Assembly: GCA_011526565.1 (NCBI GenBank) | Contig: WYBL01000116.1 | Coordinates: 3,019 to 67,018, forward strand | Direction of reading: 5' to 3' | Length of the DNA stretch: 64,000 nucleotides | From: Acidobacteriota bacterium | GTDB taxonomy: Bacteria; Acidobacteriota; Vicinamibacteria; Fen-336 | In this document: positions 57,691 through 64,000 of the stretch, in pieces | How the letters are laid out: each line of letters begins with the position of its first letter | How positions within the stretch are numbered: position 1 is the first letter of the stretch | Notes under the pieces: model-generated | Seen by the model: only the letters and a program-made list of their open reading frames with translations | Told to the model about the DNA's origin: nothing | The model's database searches: none | Position numbers and translations under genes: made by a program

Positions 57691-57957
57691 TCAGCAGAGC
57701 TCGCAGGATCCCCAGGTTCCGTCGCTCTTGCACTTCTGGCTCTTGCCGCTCGAGCAGACGCTCTGGACGCAGGAACCGGTGCTGTAGCAGACACCTGCGT
57801 ACTGGCAGTTGCAGCTACCGCCACTGCCCCCGCCATCCCCAGGATCCTGGTAGTACGGCCCATCGGCCAACACCGAAAACGCGCCGCCGGCACCGACGAT
57901 CATCAGCAGCGTCAGCGCCAGGACGAATCCCCTTCGCGCCCGTCGTGTCCTTCCCAT
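57691..57957 (-). CDS. Secreted Gly/Cys-rich peptide precursor (88 aa; ~57-aa mature region with 10 Cys)
   Basis: Signal MGRTRRARRGFVLALTLLMIVGAGGAFSVLA; mature DGPYYQDPGDGGGSGGSCNCQYAGVCYSTGSCVQSVCSSGKSQKCKSDGTWGSCELC; RBS GGAGTGA ~6 nt upstream. Confidence 0.55.
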   Translation of the reverse strand: MGRTRRARRGFVLALTLLMIVGAGGAFSVLADGPYYQDPGDGGGSGGSCNCQYAGVCYSTGSCVQSVCSSGKSQKCKSDGTWGSCELC

Positions 57958-58261
57958 CGTTCACTCCCTCTGGCGGGCTCACCCGCTGGGCCAAGTGTAT
58001 ACCAAGGGGCCGCTTTTCGACACCCTCTAGTCGATCATGAGCCGCGGCACTGACGGGTGCCCGCGAGTCACGCCGGGTAAGGGTCCGGCGGCGGAGTGAA
58101 TCCGCCGGCGGATTCTCTGGCGTCTGGGCGGGAGGACTTGGGCCCGCCCTCCCACCCGCTGACAGTCTCCACCCCCAAGCCCCCGGGCGCACGCCACGTG
58201 GTCCCTGCGCCGGCGGGGTGTTGTCCACGGGCACAACCACCCGGCTGACAGTGCGATCGCG

Positions 58262-58645
58262 TCAGGGGGCGGCGGAGGCTGGTTCAGCGCGCTGCCCCCC
58301 GCGCAGGCTGCCGAGCCGAGCGATGAGTACCTTGCATTTCAGGGCAGCGACTTGCCTGCGCCACTCGGGGCCCTGGTCCTGAAGCACGTTGAGGGCTCGC
58401 TCATAGCTCGCCTCGGCCTCTTGGAACGCGCCGCTATCGAAGTGAGTGTCCCCTTCCCGGGAGTACAGGCCGGCTGCACCTGCGAGCCCCGCCGATTCAC
58501 TGGACAAGTCCGTCTGCTGCGTGGGCATCACCCCGACCGGCAAGAGGAACATCAGCGGCAGCGCCACAACCGCAAGAAGGACCACTGCGGCACAACCGAC
58601 GGGAGTGATCCAACTTGTTCCGCGCCCCTCCGCAGACGTGGTCAC
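58262..58645 (-). CDS. Small single-TM protein with TPR-like helical tail, unknown function
   Basis: TM VGCAAVVLLAVVALPLMFLLPVGV. Confidence 0.45.
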   Translation of the reverse strand: MTTSAEGRGTSWITPVGCAAVVLLAVVALPLMFLLPVGVMPTQQTDLSSESAGLAGAAGLYSREGDTHFDSGAFQEAEASYERALNVLQDQGPEWRRQVAALKCKVLIARLGSLRGGQRAEPASAAP

Positions 58646-58663
58646 TGGCTCTTGCGCTTTGCG

Positions 58664-59116
58664 TCACGCGCCGCAGGAGGTGGGGCTGGCCTGGAGTCGA
58701 TCGATCATCTCGATCGCCTTGAGCAGTTCTCTTTGGAGGACTTCGAGCGCCTTGGTGTTTTCGTCGTCCAGCTGCTTCTGCACGGTCCGGGCGTGGTCAA
58801 GGATCCTGTCGATTTCTGCAGACGCAGGTGCGTGGGCCTTCGCGAGTTCTTCGGCGGCGATCTGCTGGAACTTCGCGTCCGCGGCAAGCTGGCGGGCTAC
58901 TCCCTGCGCGATCGTCTCGCGGAGGCTGGAGAGTTGATACAGGATGCCCGCACCCCCACACAGCAGGCCCACGACCAGCCATGTCTTGAAGAACCGCACG
59001 ACACGCTCGCGGAGGTCCCACTCGACCTTCCGGATGGCGCGAAGCAGCAGTGCCGCTTCCTCCTCCGTCAGAGTGTCCGGCAAGGCCGGAGCCTTCGCTT
59101 TCTGGTCATCGCTCAT
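58664..59116 (-). CDS. Small single-TM hypothetical protein
   Basis: TM WLVVGLLCGGAGILY; 18-bp gaps to neighbours. Confidence 0.5.
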   Translation of the reverse strand: MSDDQKAKAPALPDTLTEEEAALLLRAIRKVEWDLRERVVRFFKTWLVVGLLCGGAGILYQLSSLRETIAQGVARQLAADAKFQQIAAEELAKAHAPASAEIDRILDHARTVQKQLDDENTKALEVLQRELLKAIEMIDRLQASPTSCGA

Positions 59117-59134
59117 GTAACACCCCGTTTCCGA

Positions 59135-60253
59135 TCAAGCAGGCAGGCAACAGACGAATCCGCTGACCAGCCACAGGCCCAGCAAGCCGAGGGCTGTCAG
59201 AAGGAGGCCCAGTGCTCCGTAGCGCAGGAGGCCCGCGCGAAGCAGGCGCGGCGGTGGACGCCAAGGGGGCTCGGGCAGGGCTCGCGCGGGGACTGCGGCT
59301 GAGACGTGATCGCCTGGGACGCTGAGGAACGGTCCCCACGTGTGCTCGAAGACGTCCGGCATTCGAGCCTCGTCGAAGAAGTCGCTGTGGCTGAAGTCCG
59401 CGTCGAAGGCGTGGTGGATGCGAGCCCTGTCATCGAAACCGCGGCAGCCGGACGGGCCCGATTCGGGGATGAAGTAGACGGCGACGCTCGCCCACACGTC
59501 CCGGCCCGCCGCGTGACACAACACCGCTTCCACGCGGCCGGCTTCGATCAGCGGTGCCCAGCCGAAGTCCGGGCGGACGATGCTCCCCGCCAGGATCACC
59601 CGGCCCACTTCGATCGACGAGTCGGCCAGCAGAGCCTGGGCGAGCAGCCATGTGCCGAAGCTGTGGGCGATCACGTCCGGACGGCCACCAAACCCCGCCC
59701 CCAGGGCGCGCGCCTGGATCACGCGAAACCGCTGAACCAGATGTCGCACGAGCTGTCGCTGGCGGAATCTCACCAGCACCCCTGGCCTCACGACGCCGTA
59801 CTTGTAGACGAAGACCGGGACGGAGTGGCCGTAGGTCGTGGCGAGGTGCCAGGCGAGAGACTCCTGCCACGATCCGGTCGTGTTCATGCCATGGAGCGTG
59901 AGGACCCAGGGGACGTCGCGGGTCGGGGGCTCGTGGCGCTCGAAAAAGGTCTCGGGCCGGGGCTCGTCCCCCGGCGCGAAGACCCGCTCACATTCGGAGC
60001 ATGCGGGCGTCGAAGGCTCGTCCAGCTCGAGGCGCCGTTCGCACGGGCAGACGAATCCCGCGCGCGCCTGGAGAAGACCCGCGGCCGCAAGATCCGCGAG
60101 CAGCGCCGCGGCCTCAGTGAGCGGCGCGTTCGTCCGAGTTGCGAGGCTCTCCGCTGTGAGCGACAGCGGACCACCCGCCAGGAACGCCCCGCGGCACGAC
60201 TCGACCAGTCGCCCGGAATACCGCCCCGCAATGACAGGCCAGGGGTCCGTCAC
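59135..60253 (-). CDS. Alpha/beta-hydrolase (putative esterase/lipase) with N-terminal Zn-ribbon and C-terminal TM anchor
   Basis: GTG overlaps upstream stop (GTGA); CPCERRLELDEPSTPACSEC (4-Cys ribbon); LTLHGMNTTG; nucleophile elbow IAHSFG; C-terminal TM LGLLLTALGLLGLWLVSGFVCC. Confidence 0.6.
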   Translation of the reverse strand: MTDPWPVIAGRYSGRLVESCRGAFLAGGPLSLTAESLATRTNAPLTEAAALLADLAAAGLLQARAGFVCPCERRLELDEPSTPACSECERVFAPGDEPRPETFFERHEPPTRDVPWVLTLHGMNTTGSWQESLAWHLATTYGHSVPVFVYKYGVVRPGVLVRFRQRQLVRHLVQRFRVIQARALGAGFGGRPDVIAHSFGTWLLAQALLADSSIEVGRVILAGSIVRPDFGWAPLIEAGRVEAVLCHAAGRDVWASVAVYFIPESGPSGCRGFDDRARIHHAFDADFSHSDFFDEARMPDVFEHTWGPFLSVPGDHVSAAVPARALPEPPWRPPPRLLRAGLLRYGALGLLLTALGLLGLWLVSGFVCCLPA

Positions 60254-61302
60254 GCCGCTTCGACGACGCGGCTCAGCAAGTCCCACACCTCGCTGGAACG
60301 GAGCTGGGTGCGAATGTGGATGCGCCGCTCCAGGCTGAACAAGCCGAAGCGCACGGGCGTCAGGGGCGCCGCCCGCGGCCAGGTGAAGAGTCCCATTGTC
60401 GCGGTGAGCTTGTCTCGCCTCAGCGCTTTCCACGCCTGGCGGATGACTGTGGAGTCTGTGTAGGCGTGGTCCTTCTTGAGGCTCTCGAACGCGACAGACG
60501 CCAACCCGTCGTCCAGGCGCGCCTGTATCGGCTTGACGCTGACACCTCCCGCTCCCTCTGAGCCAGTCGCCTCGCTGGCCTGCGCCAGGCGCTTGACCGC
60601 ATCGGACAGCCCGATCGGCTCCAGCTTCCCGAGGTCGATCGCGGCCTTGACCGTCTCGGCGATGCGGGCCCGCGCCTCTTCGTGAGCGGCGCGGTTCCAG
60701 GGCACCTGCAGGAAGGCCGCGGCCAAACGTGGCTCTCGGTGCAACTCGAGCCTCATGAGCGTCCGGTCGCGGCGCTGGCGATACGCTTCGTAGCGGTAGA
60801 CCTCGCCGTCGTCCTCGGCTGCCGGAGCCTTGTCGCGCTCCTTCGTCCGCTCCCAGATCTCCAGACCCTTGTGCCAGACGAAGCGGATGGAATCCTCGGC
60901 CTGACGGATGCCGGTCAACTCCTGCTCGTCCGGGAAGGCGAGCGTGGAGGGGGCCCCGAGCAGGGATTCGAGCCCGGCGCGCGCAAGCCGCCGGCGCAAC
61001 TGGGGTTCCGAGGTGAATAGCGCGTCCGGCACCACGCTCGCCGGCAGCCACCAGAGGTAGATGTGCTGTTCGCCCCAGCCCTCGACGTGCGCCAGCCAGG
61101 ACTCGACATCCTCCAGCCGCAACTCGCCGTCGTCGACTGCTGCGGCGAGGTTGTGCGCGAAGTCCTCCTTCGTCCGTCCGATCGTCAGGCCCTTGTCGCG
61201 GAGCAGTTCCTTGATGAAGACGTTGCCTTGCGCCAGGACGATCCCCGAGACGAGTTCACGGAGCTGGGACTTCTCGCGCGGAGTCGGGCCCTTGCCCCCC
61301 AT
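60250..61302 (-). CDS. Hypothetical soluble protein (350 aa), no recognised family
   Basis: Protein-like composition, 4 bp after upstream gene. Confidence 0.55.
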   Translation of the reverse strand: MGGKGPTPREKSQLRELVSGIVLAQGNVFIKELLRDKGLTIGRTKEDFAHNLAAAVDDGELRLEDVESWLAHVEGWGEQHIYLWWLPASVVPDALFTSEPQLRRRLARAGLESLLGAPSTLAFPDEQELTGIRQAEDSIRFVWHKGLEIWERTKERDKAPAAEDDGEVYRYEAYRQRRDRTLMRLELHREPRLAAAFLQVPWNRAAHEEARARIAETVKAAIDLGKLEPIGLSDAVKRLAQASEATGSEGAGGVSVKPIQARLDDGLASVAFESLKKDHAYTDSTVIRQAWKALRRDKLTATMGLFTWPRAAPLTPVRFGLFSLERRIHIRTQLRSSEVWDLLSRVVEAA

Positions 61303-61306
61303 GGCG

Positions 61307-62518
61307 TCACCCCTCCGGGTTCACCTCGCGGACCAGGACCTTGGGCTCTCCCAGCAGATCCAGGTCCAACGTGAGCCTCGGCTGGCCGCCCGCGCGCGCG
61401 CTCGGATACACGAGCCCCGGGATGCGTTCGTCGCCGCTGCCCGCCACTTCGACCAGGAAGCCGCCCTGACCGGGATACACGACGAGAGCGCCCGGGTCGG
61501 CGTCGTCGAGGGCGACCACGCGATAGCCGAAGCGACCGGGATCGGCGTAGAGCTGTCGGGTGGTGATCGGATGATCGTAGGGGGTTCTCGGCAGCCCCTT
61601 GCCGCCATCCGCCGCGGCGGCCACGTCCAAGAAGACGTTGGCCGCATCGAAGCTCTTGCCTGCAACCTCGACCAGCGGCTCGACCCGATAGACCCGCAGC
61701 CACTTCTGGCACGCCGGACATTCCTTCTTGTCGGCCTCCTTAAGCGCGACACACGGTTCGGTCGGCGGAGCAGTGCAGACGTAGTAGAAGGCCGGGGCCG
61801 ACTGTGCCTCGGCAGCCGGGCCGGCGACCAGCGCGCCCGCGGTCAGGGCCAAGATCGGAGCCCTCCCGCCGGCGGCTTTGGCGATGGCGTTGATGAAGAC
61901 CTCGAGGACGCTTTTCAGGTTCTGGTAGAAGGTGGTCACGAAGAGGCCCGCGAGGAGCGCGAGCACCTGCCCTGCGGTCGTCGCCGTCGTGCCAGCCAGG
62001 AAGGCGAGCCCAAAGACGAGCCCGTAGCAGATCACTCCCGCCAGGGCCGCCAGGAAAAACGAAGCGAGCAGGCTCGGGAACGCCTGCTTGCCATCGGGCT
62101 GCAGGGCGCTGAGCCAGACCGACGCGCACCAACCGATCAGGCCACTGAGACAGAAGGCCGCGACCCACAAGCGCGGGTGCGGTCGCGACATTAGGAGGGT
62201 CCGAGCTACGGGCCGCTTCAGTTCGGCCGCATAGAGCTCCGGGAAGATGTGCCGTTGAGCAGCGTCCTCCTGGGTCATCTCGACGGCGCCGAGTCGTGTC
62301 GTTTCGTCGGGCCTCGGCGCGTGTTTGTCCCAGACTCGGATCGCCCAGTCGACCTGGGCGTAGAGCCAGACTGCACCCACGAACACGGCCACGGAGGCGA
62401 GCAACGTCCGGACCAAACGGTCTCGCTGAGACTTCTGTCGTCGCAACGCCGCACCTCCCGCGGACAGGGCCGGCCCTGGAACGGTTCGGGTATCATATAT
62501 ACGCTTTGCGTACCGCAT
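61307..62518 (-). CDS. Polytopic membrane protein with extracytoplasmic 4-Cys domain, function unknown
   Basis: ATG 62518 (MRYAKRIYDTRTVPG...); 5-6 TMs then CTAPPTEPC...CPAC; track N-terminal extension judged spurious. Confidence 0.5.
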   Translation of the reverse strand: MRYAKRIYDTRTVPGPALSAGGAALRRQKSQRDRLVRTLLASVAVFVGAVWLYAQVDWAIRVWDKHAPRPDETTRLGAVEMTQEDAAQRHIFPELYAAELKRPVARTLLMSRPHPRLWVAAFCLSGLIGWCASVWLSALQPDGKQAFPSLLASFFLAALAGVICYGLVFGLAFLAGTTATTAGQVLALLAGLFVTTFYQNLKSVLEVFINAIAKAAGGRAPILALTAGALVAGPAAEAQSAPAFYYVCTAPPTEPCVALKEADKKECPACQKWLRVYRVEPLVEVAGKSFDAANVFLDVAAAADGGKGLPRTPYDHPITTRQLYADPGRFGYRVVALDDADPGALVVYPGQGGFLVEVAGSGDERIPGLVYPSARAGGQPRLTLDLDLLGEPKVLVREVNPEG

Positions 62519-62527
62519 CGGCAACCG

Positions 62528-62923
62528 GTGGGTCCCGTGCCTGTACCGCTTCACGGACCGGAGCAGGCAGCCTCGGCGGCGGCCGGCAATGCGCTGGTGC
62601 TGGAAGCGTCCACGAAGTCTGCCGAGAAACTGGGGCGACACCTCAGCGCTTTTCACTTGAAGGTGAAGGCTCCTGACCGTGAGTTGCCCTTGGAGTCTGC
62701 CTTCCAGGGCAGCAAGGTGTTCGAACGCGGCGGCCCCTTCACGGATCTCTACGCCGCTGGGGCCGTGGATGCCAAGCGGGATCCTCGGCTGCGAGATTCG
62801 GGACGGGTCATTGCGTTCGATTTTGCGGGCCATCGCTTCCCGGTCGAGCCGCGCACCGCCTTCTACGACTGGCTCTACATCGACACGCGACGTCCACCTC
62901 CGCCCTGGTTCGGGGCCCTGTAG
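62528..62923 (+). CDS. Small hypothetical protein on opposite strand between unknown operon and AAA ATPase gene
   Basis: Protein-like C-terminal 130 aa (LSAFHLKVKAPDRELPLESAFQGSKVFERGGPFTDLYAAGAVDAKRD...FYDWLYIDTRRPP); GTG start; lower GC3 than core genes. Confidence 0.35.
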   Translation: MGPVPVPLHGPEQAASAAAGNALVLEASTKSAEKLGRHLSAFHLKVKAPDRELPLESAFQGSKVFERGGPFTDLYAAGAVDAKRDPRLRDSGRVIAFDFAGHRFPVEPRTAFYDWLYIDTRRPPPPWFGAL

Positions 62924-62995
62924 GCCTCGGCGCGCGGGGGATCGGGGACGAGGATGTGGCGGTAGCGAGGGGGGCTCCTCGGCCGTTGCCCTGGG

Positions 62996-63982
62996 TCAGC
63001 CCTTGCGACCCAGCCGGGCAGCGGCGCGCTGCCGTTCCTGCAAGGTGGCCCGGATGTCGGCCTCGCGAAGAGGCAGGCGCTCCGCGATCAGCGCCTCCTT
63101 GAGAGCCTCGTCTCCCGCTCGAGTGACCTCGGCATGGCTCAGACCGCTCGCCAGCCGCGCGAGCTTGGTCCAGGGGGTGCCCTGGATCGCGAGAGGACCG
63201 AGCCGGGAGCGGAGCAACTCGGCGACCTGCTTCTGGCTCGGCAGCTCGTAGTGGAGCACGTCGTCGAAGCGCCGCAGCAGCGCAGGGTCCAGGATCTGCC
63301 CGTGGTTGGTGGCCGCGAGGATCAGGCTGTTCGAGTGATCCTGCTCGATCATCTTCAGGAAGCTGTTCAGCACGCGCCGGATCTCGCCGACGTCGTTCGT
63401 CAACCCACGCTGCGAGCCGATCGCGTCGAACTCGTCGAAGAAGTACACGCCTCGCGTCTGGCCCGTGGCGTCGAAGACCTGCCGCAGCTTGGCGGCGGTC
63501 TCGCCGAGCATTTTGGTGATCAGGCCGTCGAGCCGGATCTGGAAAAGCGGGAGACCAAGCTCGCCTGCCAGCACTGAGGCCGTCAGCGTCTTGCCCGTAC
63601 CCGGAGGGCCGACCAAGAGCAGCTTGCGGCGCGGCGTGAGGCCGTGTTCGAGAATGCGCCCGGCGTGACGCTGCTCGCGCAGCACCCGGGTGAGCTGCCC
63701 TTCCAGCTCGGGCGCCAGGACCATCTGGCCGAGGCGGCTCGCCGGATAGGACACCTCGAGGAGGTGCGCGAGGTCCCCGCGGGGTCGCGCGATCGGGACG
63801 GGAGATGCGGCCCCGCGCCGCCGCTTGGCGTCGTCGATGACGGCCCGCAGTTCTTCCGCGAGCTTCCCGTGCCCAAGCCGCGCCTCGTGAGCAGCAACCT
63901 GCATCGCCACGGAGAAGAACCGTTGGTCGTCCCGCTCGACGAACGAGTCGAGCAGTGCCTTGAGCTGGTCAGCGCTGGCCAT
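62996..63982 (-). CDS. AAA+ ATPase with N-terminal helical domain (classic AAA clade: Walker A GPPGTGKT, Walker B FFDEFD, sensor-1 AATN)
   Basis: RBS GGGGGAA upstream of ATG 63982; LLLVGPPGTGKTLTASVLAGEL...VYFFDEFDAIG...LILAATNHGQILDPALLRRFD. Confidence 0.8.
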   Translation of the reverse strand: MASADQLKALLDSFVERDDQRFFSVAMQVAAHEARLGHGKLAEELRAVIDDAKRRRGAASPVPIARPRGDLAHLLEVSYPASRLGQMVLAPELEGQLTRVLREQRHAGRILEHGLTPRRKLLLVGPPGTGKTLTASVLAGELGLPLFQIRLDGLITKMLGETAAKLRQVFDATGQTRGVYFFDEFDAIGSQRGLTNDVGEIRRVLNSFLKMIEQDHSNSLILAATNHGQILDPALLRRFDDVLHYELPSQKQVAELLRSRLGPLAIQGTPWTKLARLASGLSHAEVTRAGDEALKEALIAERLPLREADIRATLQERQRAAARLGRKG

Positions 63983-64000
63983 GACTCGTTCCCCCCGGGC

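Overview
This is a 64 kb window of very GC-rich (~70%) bacterial chromosome. The gene content (two TonB-dependent receptors with carboxypeptidase-regulatory-like N-termini, a 771-aa duplicated-FtsX orphan permease, many sensor and regulatory proteins) is most compatible with an Acidobacteria- or Gemmatimonadetes-like soil organism; this is an inference, not a search result. Because of the GC bias most of the long ORFs in the track are Arg/Ala-rich antisense artefacts. Genes were chosen by protein-like composition, recognisable family motifs, signal peptides or transmembrane segments, and translational-coupling overlaps (ATGA/GTGA).

Gene order along the window: (1) boxC (5' part; 3' end off the window edge) divergent from a BoxR/BzdR-type regulator, then a GAF histidine kinase. 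(2) A TonB-dependent receptor followed by a PhnDCE-like ABC importer. (3) A minus-strand operon of SBP-like protein, TonB-dependent receptor, periplasmic amidohydrolase and GAF-PP2C phosphatase, with a divergent HAMP histidine kinase. (4) A long minus-strand operon: GT-C-like membrane protein, a YyaL(thioredoxin/DUF255)-aldo/keto-reductase fusion carrying an in-frame 87-bp x3 tandem repeat, a DAP/ornithine-decarboxylase-family enzyme, a SET-domain methyltransferase and an Npt(TLC)-HEAT-cNMP-binding giant protein. (5) An FKBP gene; a cNMP-binding patatin; TerB, cupin, DinB and hom; and two TPR+cNMP-binding proteins, one of them duplicated and PE-repeat-rich, with a hemerythrin gene downstream. 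(6) A complete sufBCDSU-sufT operon ending in an Rrf2 regulator, with an IscR-type-1-like site upstream of sufB. (7) An ECF sigma factor plus a polytopic Ser/Thr kinase. (8) From about 47.7 kb to the end, an accessory-looking block of uncharacterised genes: a membrane coiled-coil protein + clan-CD caspase/CHAT-like protein + secreted protein operon; a seven-gene minus-strand cluster with a 10-Cys secreted peptide, a TlpA-like thiol-disulfide oxidoreductase, an ADOP-type permease, a lipase and two further secreted proteins; and a five-gene operon of unknown membrane, Zn-ribbon and alpha/beta-hydrolase proteins beside an AAA+ ATPase.

No rRNA, tRNA, CRISPR array, integrase or transposase was recognised. 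All functional calls come from motif and architecture recognition without database searches.
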